From positions 14,198,001 to 14,262,000 of the forward strand of contig NC_091977.1 in NCBI RefSeq assembly GCF_044704955.1: a stretch of DNA of 64,000 bases, read 5' to 3'. This DNA is from Pristiophorus japonicus (Eukaryota). This document shows positions 1 through 12,290 of this stretch, piece after piece (position 1 is the stretch's first letter; each line of letters opens with the position of its first letter). The position numbers and the translations under genes were made by a program. The notes under the pieces are model-generated. The model saw only the letters and a list, made by a program, of their open reading frames with translations, had not been told where the DNA came from and did not search any database.

Positions 1-681
1 TGTTTGCCGGTGATTTGAGTTGCACATTCTTCCACTTCTGCAAAATGACTTATGCTCTTTTGACACCTACAAATTCTATAAAGAACGCTGCATTTCAATT
101 TTAGATGCTGGAACCCTCCTCCTCCTCCTCCTCCTCCTCCTTCTCCTCCCTCCTCCATCCTTACTGCCTCAAAATCTGAATTCCCCTTTTCCAATTTGTG
201 CTCCCAGAGGGTGAGACACACTCTGGCAGCAAGTTATCAGAAAATCAGCCTCGTTAAATACATAAGAAATGGGAGCGTTCCTCCAATTCTGGTCTCTTGT
301 GCGTCACTGATTTTAATCGCTCCACCACTGGCGGCTATGCCTTCAGCTGCCTGGGCCCTAAACTCTGGAACCCTTCCCCAAACCTCTCTGCATCACCGCC
401 TCCCTCTCCTCCTTTAAGGCGCTGCTTAAAACGTAACTCTTGTCCTAACAGCACCCATTTGGCCCCTCGAGCCTGCTCCGCCATTCAATAAGATCGAGGC
501 TGATCTTGAAATAAACTTCATTCCCACCCCTCTTTCCCCCCCCCCCCCCCCAAGTTCCTCAAAAGGTCCAGTGGTCACTGGTGGCTGTTTGCAAGTCCTG
601 CAGCATCACTTCTGGCTTCCATTGCTGGAGAGGAGCAGGTTAGAAAGGAGTTTCTGGCTGCAATATTACATCGTTACTGTG

Positions 682-717
<36 letters not shown>

Positions 718-919
718 ATACTAACATGTAAAGAAACAGTCTTAATATCATTGTTTTTAAATAAGTAAAGGAAGTCAGTTGCACTAATCTTAAGAATAGG
801 CAGAACTGAAACTGCTTCTCTAAATTAAGCCCAGCGCTTCCTGAAGGAGTGCAAGTTCTAGGGCAAACAAAAAAGTGGCTAGCCTGGTGAGAGGCTGATT
901 CAGCCAGAATCCCTGCAGG

Positions 920-1345
920 ACATAAGAAATAGGAGTAGGCCATTCAGCCCCCTGAGCCTGCTCTGCCATTCAATAAGATCATACCTCAACTCTACTTTCC
1001 CACCCTATCCCCATTTCCCTTGATTCCCTTAGAGTCCAAAAATCTATCGATCTCAGCTTTGAATGTACTGAACGATTCAGCATCCACAATCCTCTGGAGC
1101 AGAGAATTCCAAAGATTCACACCCTCTGAGTGAAGAAATTTCACCTCATCTCAGTCCTAAATAGCTGGCTCCTTATCCTGAGACTGTGACCCCTGGTTCT
1201 AGATTCCTCATCCAGGAGAAACAACCTCTCAGCATCTACCCTGCTAAGAATTTTGTACGTTTTAATGAGATCACTCTTTTAAACTCCTGAGAGCATAGGC
1301 CCATTCTACTCAATCTCTCGTCACAGGACAACCCTCTCATCCCAG
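920..1345 (-). mobile_element. CR1 LINE 3' fragment
   Basis: acataagaaataggagtaggccattcagccc tail, plus the reverse complement of the ORF2 C-terminus. Confidence 0.85.
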
Positions 1346-2690
1346 AAAGGAGATGGGGTAGTCCTGATAATAAAGGACGGGATAAAGACAGTAGAGAGAA
1401 AGGATCTTAGCTCGGAAAATCAAGAAGTAGAATCAGTTTGGGTGGAGCTAAGAAACACCAAGAGGCAGAAAACATTATCGGCCCTCAAACAGTAGTTGTA
1501 ATGTAGGGCAGAGTATAAATCGGGAAATTAGAGGTGCATGTAACACAGATAATATAGTAATCATGGAGGACTTTAATCTACATATAGCCTGGGCATTCCA
1601 AATATGCAGTGATAGTGTGGAGGATGAGTTAATGGAATGTATACAGGATAGTTTTCTAGATCAGTATGTTGAAGAACCTATTAGGGAACAGATTTTAGAT
1701 CTAGTATTGTGCAACGAGAAAGGGTTCATTAATAACCTTGCAGTAAAGGGGTCTTTAGGGAAGAGTGATCATAATATGATAGTATTTTATATTGAGTTTG
1801 AAAGTGATTTAGTTCAATCTGAAACTAGGGTCTTAAATCTGAACAAAGCAAACTATGTAGGTATGAGGGGCGAGTTGGCAAAGGTAGATTGGGACATGCA
1901 ATGGCAGCATTTAATGAATGAATACATAATTTACAACAAATATACATTCCTTTAAGGCACAAAAACCCCACGTGAAAAGTTGTCCAACTGTGGCTAACGA
2001 GAAATTAAACATAGTATTATATCCAAAGGAAAGCAAATGGTATGTTGGCCTTTATTACAAGAGGATTTGAGCATATGAGTAAAGACATCTTATTGCAATT
2101 ATATAGGGTCCTGGTGAGACCACACCTGGAGTATTGTGTTCAATTTTCGTCTCCTTACCTAAAGAAGGATATACTTGCCATTGAGGGAGTGCAACAAAGG
2201 TTCACCAGACTGATTCCTGAGATGGAGGGATTGTCCTATGAGGAGAAATTGAGTAGACTAGTCCTATATTCTCGAGTTTAGAAGAACTGGAGGTGATCTC
2301 ATTTGAAACATAAAATTCTTACAGGGCTTGACAGAGTAAATGCAGGGAGGATGTTTCCTCTGGCTGGGGAGTATAGAACCAGGGGTTACAGTCTCAGAAT
2401 CAGGGGTCAGCCATTTGGGACTGAGATGAGGAGAAATTTCTTCACTCAGAGGGTGGTGAATCTTTGCAATTCTCTACCCCAGAGGACTGTGAAGGCTCAG
2501 TCTTTGAGCGCATTCAAGATGGAGATGATAGATTTTTTGATCTTAAGGGACTCAATGGATATGGGGACAGTGCAGGAAATTGGAGTTGAGGTAGAAGATT
2601 AACCATGATCTTATTGACTGGTGGAGGAGGCTCGAGGAGCCGAATGGCCTACTCTTGCTCCTAATTCTTATGTATGTTCTTATGTATGAG
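1346..2690 (+). mobile_element. CR1 LINE, internally deleted (endonuclease part joined to ORF2 C-terminus and tail)
   Basis: ORFs 1563-1955 (DFN, LDLVL, SDH), 2042-2281 ([12 protein letters not shown]) and 2303-2602 (FFTQRVVNL), followed by the tail. Confidence 0.9.
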
Positions 2691-3310
2691 TCCCTGTCCC
2701 TGGTCTGTATTGCGTGACCATTGCTGGAAAGTGATTCCTCTCCTCACCCCACCATGTTTGGAGAGAAGAACGAGCTTGCATTCATACAGATCCGTATCAT
2801 GTTCTCTGAACACGTCCCAAAGCACTTCATGGAATCTGGCAGCATAGCGGGAGGCTACTTGACAACCAATAGATCCACCGCGACGTGCGGGTCACTGCTG
2901 GTGTGTAGGCAAACGGCAGTAAATTTGCACACAGCAAGATCCCACAGACGGCAGTGAGAAACGTGGCCAGTTAACCTGTTTCTGGTGGAATTGGTTGAGG
3001 GAGAAGTGATAGTTCTGAGAATTCTTGTTTTTCACACAGTGCCATGGTGTTACCAAGTTAAAGGCGCTCTATGTTGTTGTTAAACGCCCAGCTGCACCAC
3101 TGGAACAAGCAGGCGAGATCTTGGTTTAACAACTCATCTAAATTATGGCTGTGAACATTTGAGATTTTTTTTGAGATGTTACCTTGTGGCCAGGAACATT
3201 TAGATATTCTCAGATTAGTACTGAGCAAGTCCACTTTTAGATACAAACATCTACATTAGACAACTCCGTATGTCACTGATTTTCTGTATATTCTTTTGTC
3301 ATTCCTTCAG

Positions 3311-3450
3311 GTGAGCTGCCAACCAAGACTTTAAAAGAAACGGCAAAGGGGGCTACAGAGAAGGCAAAGGAAACGGCACTAGCAGCCACAGAAAAGGCAA
3401 AGGACCTGGCCTCCAAAGCAGCACCTCAAAAGGCAAAACAGTTCGTCTGA
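3311..3450 (+). CDS. PRELID1: PRELI domain-containing protein 1, last coding exon (LEA-like C-terminal region)
   Basis: Acceptor ...tgtcattccttcag at 3310. In phase 1 it translates (G)ELPTKTLKETAKGATEKAKETALAATEKAKDLASKAAPQKAKQFV* (TGA 3448-3450), matching the recalled human PRELID1 C-terminus GEAPSKTLVETAKEAKEKAKETALAATEKAKDLASKAATKKQQQQQQFV. Upstream exons were not found in the window. Confidence 0.95.
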
Positions 3451-4935
3451 AACAGGAAGACACTCAATCGCAAAGTACATCTTTAGCCCTTTTGAGAATT
3501 ACATAATTTAAAAGAAAAAATGTTTATTCCAAGAGCACCAAATGTTCCATGTTTCTCAGAATGATCTTGAATTGTACGCATTGAAAGTTTACAACATCGT
3601 TTTTTAAATTTTTATGATGTCCCGCGGTAGAAAAATCCTCTAATTGAACAAAGAGGTGTGCAGTCGGGCGCCAAACCTTCTCGAGTAACCTCCCAAGGCT
3701 TCAGGATTTAAAAAAAAAAATTCCCCCTCCAGCGCTTAATTGGAACAAGCGATTTATTAATATATTTTAGTTGCGGTATAATAATTTTTTTAATTAAAAA
3801 AAAAATATATATATATATATTCTTTTAACTCTTAATAAATAAAACGACTAAAATGAGCTCAGTCCGTGACAGTTAAAGCGATTTACGACCAGTAGCAATC
3901 ATTAAACGCTGGTAAAATCGAACATTCCTTTGGGAAGAATTGGTGCAAGTCCGTTTTCTGAGAATTCCCCCTTCTTTCCCCCCGCCCCGGGCATTCTGGA
4001 TTAAACTGGGCACCGTGTTTAACAAATAAAATCAAGGCGGGGCTTTTGTCTGATCTGTTCTTAATTGGATGCTGAATTATTTATTTAAAACATTTTTATG
4101 TCTAAGTTCAGGAATACGTCTCGTCAGTTGTTTAGATGTAAAGTGCACAGCTTTGCTTCTCGGTGTGCGCCAGACCTTTTTTAATTAATTTTGACTTTTT
4201 AAAAAAAAAAATGTATTTAACACAAAATTTTAAAAATCGAAATAGACAATCCGGGGGCTGAAACACAATCCCGGCCATAGGCAGCTGCTCCATCGGTATC
4301 TGTAAAGATGCGTCGACATTTCAGATATAGACTCGTCCATCTTCATCGGAATGAAAGGCGGGGCAGCCAGAGGGGCTGAATGGCCTCCTCCTCTTCCTGT
4401 GTTCCATCGATTTGGAAGATGTTGAGTCTGACAGAACTGAATAATATGAAAGGAGAGGGAGGGTCCTGGTCTTGCAGGGTTTTTTTCCCCCCCATCATTT
4501 AGTTTTCTTTAACCCTTTCGCTTGCGACAGATGTATGGTTTTTAAAAATTCTGATGAAGGGTCCAGTCTTTTTCATGAATGCTGCTGCATATTCCCAGCA
4601 AGTTTTCTCTGCTCAGGCTACTGAAACGGTTCAGCCCTCTTGTTTCTGCAGCAGCCCGGTGTTTACACGTCACAGTAAGGCCAGAAGGAGCTCTGCAGTG
4701 CGGGCACGTTTCCTCAAGCGGACGAAAATAAGTGTTTTGTACAAACCTTCGCTGATGAAACCTCTTTAGCTATTAATGTGTCATTATTGTCCAACCGGAC
4801 GGGTAAAGTTTACTTATTTATTTTCAGTGTTTTTAGAAGAGTTTCCAAAGATTTAATTTGTCTGTCTAACCTTCGGAACCAGCAGTTTCTTAACGTTTAA
4901 TAAATGTCAACTCAAAATAAACCAGCCAGTGAACT
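3451..4935 (+). other. PRELID1: PRELID1 3' UTR with several candidate polyadenylation signals
   Basis: AT-rich, almost TE-free sequence after the stop codon. AATAAA at 3834, 3838, 4025, 4899 and 4916; TE-dense sequence resumes at ~5100. The exact end is inferred. Confidence 0.6.
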
Positions 4936-5104
4936 GTTGCACTTTTCAACCAGCTTGTGCTGCCCAGCTGAGAATCCCTTGGTGTTCACACTCTCAACTC
5001 GGTGAGTACCTCCCGAAATAGGAATCTGTTCCAGGCGTAAGGCACGAAAGGCTGTTCATTAAACTCAAAGCTGTGGGGATTCGGCCTATACCTTGAGAAT
5101 GGAT

Positions 5105-6020
5105 AAAGAAAGAGACTTGCGTTCATATGGTGCCTTTTACGACCTCAGGACATCCAAAAGTGCTTTATAGCTAATCATGCACTTTTAGAAGTGCAGTCGG
5201 CACAGCACGGTCCCACAAACAGTAATGTGATAATGACCAGATGATGTGTTTTATTACATAGGAAATAGGAGCAGGAGTAGACCATTCAGCCCCTCGAGCC
5301 TGCTCCACCGCTCAGTAAGAACATGGCTGACCTTCGACCTCATCTCCCCCCTCCCACACTATCCCCATATCCCTTGATTCCCTTGGTATTCAAAAATCTG
5401 TCGCTCTCAGCCTTGAATATACTCAACGACTGAGCATCCACAACCCTCTGGGGTAAAGAATTCCAAAGATTCACCACCCTTGGAGTGAAGACATTTCTCC
5501 TCATCTGTCCTAAAATGGCCAAACTCTCATTCTGGTTCTCGACTCCCCAGCCAGAGGAAACATCCTCCCTGCATCTATCCTGTAAAGCCCGTTTAATGAC
5601 GTTGGCTGAGGGATAAATATTGGCCAGGACTCGCGAGAGAACTCCCCTGCTCTTCTTCGAAATAGTGGCCATGGGATCTTTTACGCCCGCCTGAGGGAGT
5701 ATATGAGGCTTGGGTTTAACATCTCATCCAAGAGACGGCACCACCAACAGTGCAGCATTCCCTCAGTATTACACTAGTGTGTTGGCCAAGGTTTTGTGCA
5801 CAAGTCCATGGAGTGGGACTTTTTAAAAAAAAACAATTAATTCACGGGTTCTGTACATTGCCGGTAAGGCCAGCATTTATTGCCCATCCCTCATTTTTAT
5901 CGAGAAGGTGGTGGTGAGCCGCCGCCTTGAATACAACTGAGTGGCTCGCTAGGCCATTTCAGAGAACCCACAACCTTGTGACTCGGAGACGAGAATGTTA
6001 CCAGTGAGCCATGGCTGACA
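5105..6020 (-). mobile_element. DeuSINE (SacSINE1-like) interrupted by a CR1 tail (5256-5590) and another LINE tail
   Basis: Reverse complement of the Deu domain (aaagatcccatggc...ctatttcgaagaagagcagggg), L2-like tail, and tRNA-like head at 5965-6020. Confidence 0.75.
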
Positions 6021-6444
6021 CCACGTGTAAGAAACAATGAAGAGTACTCCTTAGGAGTTGTGTCGGAGTGGAGGACAATGTACTGAGTCAAGTGGCTCAG
6101 CGCAGTGACCACTGAGTTCAGATTTACATCAGTAATTGCTGATCTGATTCCACTATCCCGCCTAGTTTGGTATCCGCTGCAAATTTGACCTCCTTGCATG
6201 GAGTTTCTGAATCCTTGTCATAAATGTAAATTAGAAACCGCAGCCACCCCAGCCCTGAGGCACCCAACTCGGTACTAGCCCTCCCTACCCCACCGTGACA
6301 TTAATCTCCAAAGAAATAAAAACGTGCATGTGTATAGCGCCTTTCACAACCTCAGGATGTCCCAAAGCACTTTACTACCAATGTACTTTTGCAGTGTCGT
6401 CACTGTTGTAATGTAAAGGCGGCAGACAACTTGCGCGTAGCAAG

Positions 6445-7235
6445 ACCCAGACGACTTTCCAGTTTGGGCTGATAAGTGGCAAGTAACATTTGCGTCACAC
6501 AAGTGCCAGGCAATGACCATCTCAAACGAGAGAGAGTGTAGCCACATTCAGTGGGATTACCATTGTCGAATCCCTCACCATCAACATCCTGGGGGTCATC
6601 ATTGACCAGAAACTTAACTGGTTCAGCCACATAAATACAGGTCAGAGGTTGGGTATTCTGCAGCAAGTGGGAAAGTGACTGACCTGACTCCCCCAAAGCT
6701 TTCCACCATTTGCAAGGCACAAGTCGAGAGTGTGATGGAACACTCTCCACTTGCCTGGATGAGTGCAGCTCCAACAACACCCAAGAAGCTCAACACCATC
6801 CAGGACAAAGCAGCCCACTTGATTGGCCCCCCCATCCACCACCTTCAACATTCATTCCCTCCACCACCAGCGCACCGTGGCTGCAGTGTGTACCATTTAC
6901 AAGATGCACTGCAGCAACTCGCCAGCACTGCAGCAACTTCTTTGACAGCATTGCCCAAACCCACGACTACCTAGAAGGACAAGGGCAGCAGGTGCATGGG
7001 AACACCATCACCTACAAGTTCTTCCCCCCCCCCTCCTCCCCAAGTTACACACCATCCTGTCTTGGAAATATTTTTCCATTCCTTCATCGTTGCTGGGGCA
7101 TAATCCTGGAACTCCCTAACAACACTGGGAGTACCTTCACTGCACGGACTGCAGCGGTTCAAGAAGGCGTCTCATCACCACCTTGTCAAGGGCAATTGGG
7201 GATGGGCAATAAATGCTGGCCTGGCCAGCGCCTCC
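6445..7235 (+). mobile_element. CR1-group LINE of a second lineage (RT C-terminus and tail), nested in a DeuSINE spanning ~6315-7520 on -
   Basis: KLSTICKAQVESVMEHSPLAWMSAAPTTPKKLNTIQDKAAHLIG, with tail caagggcaattggggatgggcaataaatgctggcc. Exact clade uncertain. Confidence 0.75.
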
Positions 7236-8067
7236 CACAAAGAGCAATGAGATAATGACCACGTAATCTGTTTTTAGTGACATTGGTTGAGGGGTAAATA
7301 TTGATCAGGACACCGGGGATAACTCCCTACTCTTCTTCGTAATAGGAGTCATGGGATCTTTTACATCCATCTGAGGGCAGGTAGCGCCTTGGTTTAGCGT
7401 CTCTTAGAGTAGACAGCATCTCCGACAGTGCTGCACAGGTAGTGTCAGCTTAGATTATCTGCTCAAGTCCCAACGTTCTGACTCAAGAAGCAAGAGTGTT
7501 ACCACAGCCACGATTGATGCCACATGTAAGAAACAATGTACTGTCAAGTACCTTGGCTCAGTGCTGTGACCACTGTGGCTTCAGATTTACATCAGTAATT
7601 GCTAATCTGATTCTACTGTTCCACCTAGTTTGGTATCAGCTGCAAATTTGACATATTTTCATTAAGGTTTTGAATCCATGTCATGAATGTAAATTAGAAA
7701 CTGCAGCAGTCACAGCCCTGAGGTGCCCCACTCAGTACTAGCCCTCCACACCCCACCCCAACGTGACTTTAACCCTCCAACCAGCACTCATTGTCTTCTA
7801 GCCGTCAACCAGTTATGTATCCAATGTCGGGGGTTACCAGCAGAGCTTGTGGGCTACAGTATGAAAGATCATGAAAGGGCTCTGCTTGAGAGGAACAGGA
7901 GCCCGCCCTTCAGCCTCTTGAGCCTGTTGCACCATTCAATTAGATCATCTGTATCTCAACTCCATCTACCCCCCTTCTAGGGTAGTTATGGAAAAGGACA
8001 AAGATAGACCAGGAATAAAAGTTCTCAATTGAGGGAAAGACAATTTTACTAAGCTGAGATATGATTT

Positions 8068-10065
8068 AGAACATAAGAAATAGGAGCAGGAGTAGGCCAT
8101 TTGGCCCGTCGAGCCTGCTCTGCCATTTAATAAGATCATGGCTGATCTGATCACTGACTCAGCTCCACTTCCCTGCCCGCACCCCATAACCCTTTACTCC
8201 CTTATCGCTCAAAAATCTGTCTATTTCAGCCTGAAATCTCCTCAATGACCCAGCCTCCACAGCTCTCTGGGGCAGAGAATTCCACAGATTTACAACCCTC
8301 AGAGAGAAGAAATTCCTCCTCATCTCAGAATAAGGGGCAGCCTATTTAAAATTAAGACTATGCCCCCTAATTTTAGTTTCCCTTATGTGGAAATATCCTC
8401 TCTGCATCCAACTTGTCGAGCTCCCTCATTACCTTATCGAATGCCAGTTCATTGGATATATTCAAGAGGGAGTTCGATATCGCCCTTACGGCTAAAGGGA
8501 TCAAGGGGTATGGAAAGAAAGCGGGAAAGGGGTACTGAGATGAATGATCAGCCATGATCATGTTGAATGGTGGTGCAGGCTCGAAGGGCCGAATGGCCTA
8601 CTCCTGCACCTATATTCTATGTTTCTGGAAATCCAAATACACCACATCCACTGGTTTCCCCTTATCCACCCTGCTCATTACATCCTCAAAGAACTCCAGC
8701 AAATTTGTCAAACATGATTTCCCTTTCATAAAATCTGCTTGATTGAATTATGCTTTTCCAAATGTCCTACAACTGTTTCCTTAATAATGGACTCCAGCAT
8801 TTTCCCGACAGACGTTAGGCTAACTGGTCTATAGTTTCCTCCGCACCAGCTGGGGCCCGAATCTCAGCACCCCGCTGGGCTCAACCTCCGCACCAAGCCC
8901 AGCGAGGGGTGGCGTTCAGCTCAGCAAGATGTGGCGCAGTATTTAATATCGGCGGGGTCGTGGATTAGGAGCGGCGCAGCATGTGACATCAGAGGGGTCG
9001 TGGCCCAGGAGTGAGGCAGCATATAACAGCAGCGGGGTCGGGGCTCAGGGGAGGCACAACAGAGCTTGGTCTCCAGTCGTCTTGGTCAATCCTCGCCACT
9101 GGACCAAGGCCTAGCTCTGTCAAGCCCGTGTGGTGGCTGGTGTGCAACGGTCACCACACGTTAAAAAAAATCCACGCACAGGCATCTTCCACCCTTTAAG
9201 ATGTAGTTCATTGTAACACCTGTGAGCCCATCGTTTTTTTTGGTATGAAGAGCGCATTCCTCATCACGAGGGACTTCCCATACTAATACTAGTTTCTTGC
9301 TTTCTGTCTGCCTCCATTTTTAAATAGGGGTGGTACATTTGTAGTTTTCTAATCCACTGGGACCTCCCCAGAATCCAGGGACTTTTGGTAGATTACAACC
9401 AATGCATCCACTATCCCTGCAGCCACTTCTTTTAAGACTCTAGGATGCAAGCCATCAGGTCCAGAGGATTTGTTCACCTTTAGTCCCATTATTTTACCGA
9501 GTACTACTTCTTTAGTGATCGTGATTGTATTAAGTTCCTCCCTCCCTATAGCCCCTTGATTATCCACGATTGGAGTGTTTTTAGTGTCTTCTTCCGTGAA
9601 GACTGATACAAAATATTTGTTCAAAGTCTCTGCCATTTCCCTGTTCCCCATTATTAGTCAAAGTGGACTGCAACCCAGCTACTGGAAGGTAAATCGGTGT
9701 CAGATCAGTGGGAGGCATTCATAGAAGAGATCCTGAGGGTTCAGAGCAAGTATGTCCCCTTTAAGAAAAAGGGTGGGACTAACAAATCTAGAGCCCCCTG
9801 GCTGTCATGGGGTATACAGAGTAGGATCAAGAAAAAAAGGGAAGCTTATGACAGATACCGAGGGCTAAATACTGAAGAATCTCTAGAGGAGTATAGAAAG
9901 TGCAGGGGTGAAATTAAAAAGGGAATTAGGAAAGCAAAGAGAGAGCATGAAAACATTTTGGCAAATAAAATCAAGGAAAACCCAAAGATGTTTTATAAAT
10001 ACATTAAGACCAAGAGGATAACTAAAGAAAAAGTATGGACTATTGGAGACTATAAAGGTAATCTG
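8068..10065. mobile_element. Cluster of CR1 fragments on both strands
   Basis: CR1 tails at 8068-8435 (-) and 8440-8625 (+); RT fragments at 8625-8840 and 9290-9655 (-); ORF2 linker fragment at 9655-10065 (+). Confidence 0.85.
8841..9289 (+). mobile_element. Non-autonomous RTE-derived bipartite element, apparently complete copy
   Basis: Shares its body (ggtctccagtcgtc...gcccgtgtggtggctggtgtgcaacgg...gcatcttccaccc) with copies at ~10070-10710, 37065-37425 and 61480-61870. Flanked by tagtttcct/tagtttctt (8832-8840 and 9290-9298) inside a CR1. Confidence 0.65.
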
Positions 10066-10069
10066 CAGG

Positions 10070-10710
10070 TTGGGAGGATAAAAGAGCTGGAGTGCGGGCC
10101 CTGCAACATCGTGAGCCACCCCGATCTGCGAGAGGACACCACCACCAGTCGGGAGGATAAAAGAGCATACCACTAGAACTTCCAGCGCAAGTCGTCCTGA
10201 GTTTGCGACAACTTCAAGGTGGGCGACTGGCTGACGTTATCAAGGCCCAGGTCGCGGTTAGTGCGTGGGCAGGAGCATCGGAGGGGACCAGGCACAGCGG
10301 AGGAGCGGGAAGGTCGGGGCGGATGAGCGGCGAGAGATCGTGGCGGAGGAGCAGTGAGAAATCGTAGCTGTGATGAGATGAGATGAGTGGTGAGAGATCG
10401 TGGCGGAGGTGCGCCGAATGTGGTGGAGGAGTGGCAAGAGATCGTGGCGGAAGTGCGGTGAATGTTTTATGGTGGAGGAGCGGTGAGAGATCAACGGCAA
10501 GAGATCGTGGCGGCGGTGCGGCAAATGAGGGTGTGGGACCCAGAAGAGCCAAGGGCCCAGGGACAGCATGGGCCAGCCCACACTGCGATGTGTGTGCGCA
10601 CTAAGTCCGTGAAGCAGAGCAGGTCTTCAGTCATCCTGGTTTATCCTTGCCACTAGATAAAGGCCTAGCTCTGTCAAGCCATTGTGGTGGCTGATGTGCA
10701 ATGGTCACTA
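10070..10710 (+). mobile_element. RTE-derived element copy with expanded GC-rich internal repeats
   Basis: Repeated gagatcgtggcggagg motif, followed by the shared family body. Confidence 0.6.
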
Positions 10711-11911
10711 CTAGATTTGAGGAGAATTTTTATCAATCAGAGTGGTGGAAGCCTGGAACTCACTGCCTGAAATGATGATAGAGGCATAAGAACATAAGAA
10801 ATAGGAGCAGGAGTAGGCCTTAAGGCCCCTCGAGCCTGCTCCGCCATTCAATAAGATCATGGCCGATCTGATCAAGTCATCCTCGATTCCGAGGGACTGC
10901 CTATGATTATGATGGCTGATCTGATCATGGACTCAGCTCCACTTCCCCACCCACTCCCCATAACCCCATATTCCCTTTTCGCTCAAGAAACTCTCTATTT
11001 CTGTCTTAAATTTATTCAATGTCCCAGCTTCCACAGCTCTCCGAGGCAGAAAATTCCACAGATTTACAACCCTCTGAGAGAAGAAATTCCTCCTCGTCTC
11101 TGTTTTAAATGGGCGGCCCCTTATTCTAACATCATGCTCTCTCATTCTAGTCTCCCCCGTCAGTGGAAACATCCTCTCTGTATCCCCTTGTCAAGCCCCT
11201 CATAATCTTCACCGTATTTAAAAAGTACTTGGATGTGCACTTGAAGTGCCATAATCTACAGGGCTATGGACCTAGAGCTGGAAAGTGGGATTAGGCCGGA
11301 TAGCTCTTGGTCGGCCGGCACGGACACGATGGGCCGAAATGGCCTCCTTTCATGCTGTAAATCTCTGATTCTATCCCTTAATACCCTGCCCAACAAAAAT
11401 CTATCCATCGAGCTGAGGTTGAGGTTGGGGGGGTGAAGAAGTGCTACCTGACAAACAGCCTAGCTCTAATCTTAAGGTTATTCCTTCTTGTTCTGGACTG
11501 GGAGGTGGTCGAGGCCACACATCACCTGGGAATGACTCTTCTGGCCAAGAGACGCAGGCTGACAACCTGCAACGTTCCTTTTAATGTTGGAACTTTACTC
11601 AGCTCAGAGAATTAGAACATTTTCTTGGCCCATTTGCTCCCCCCGCCCCCGACCCCAGTCCTGCAGACAGTACAGGGTTCTGATTCTTCAGGCACTAGTA
11701 GCTCGCTGGGACCAATCCCGTTCACCCTCTCCCAATACATTACTAAGAATCAATGGTCTGTTTGACCGCTGGGACATCACAGCCATGCCCAATCTGTTTT
11801 AATTGACTGGCTATTGATCTGAAGCAGAAACCCTGACTGACATTTTCCCGAAGAAACCCAGGTGCACTGACACAATTGCAGCACCATATTAGGCATCTTT
11901 GAGTTTTAAGC

Positions 11912-12290
11912 CGCCACTCCCAGTGCAGTGCTGAGGGAGTGCTGCACTCTCGGAGATGCCGTCTTTCGGATGAGACGTTAAACTGTGACCACTGTGCCTT
12001 CAGATTTACATCAGGTGGACGTAAACGATCCCATGGCACTATTTCGAAGAAGAGCAGGGGAGTTATCCCCGGTGTCCTGGGGCCAATATTTATCCCTCAA
12101 TCAACATCACTAAAACATTATCTGGTCATTGTCTCAAAGCTGTTGGTGGGATCTTGCTGTGTGCAAATTGGCTTCCACATTTCCTACATTACAGCAGTGA
12201 CTACACTTCAAAAGTACTTCATTGGCCGTAAAGCGCTTTGGGACATTTTGAGGTGAAAAGCACTGTATAAATGCAAATTTTTTTCTTTTT
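11912..12290 (+). mobile_element. DeuSINE (SacSINE1-like), 5' truncated
   Basis: gccgtctttcggatgagacgttaaac...gatcccatggcactatttcgaagaagagcaggggagttatccccggtgtcctgg Deu domain, plus L2-like tail. Confidence 0.85.

Noticed and set aside
8841-8935. HDV-like ribozyme at the 5' end of the RTE-derived element
   Set aside because: By eye only a simple long hairpin could be built; the nested double pseudoknot (P1, P1.1, P2, P3) was not identified, so it is not claimed.
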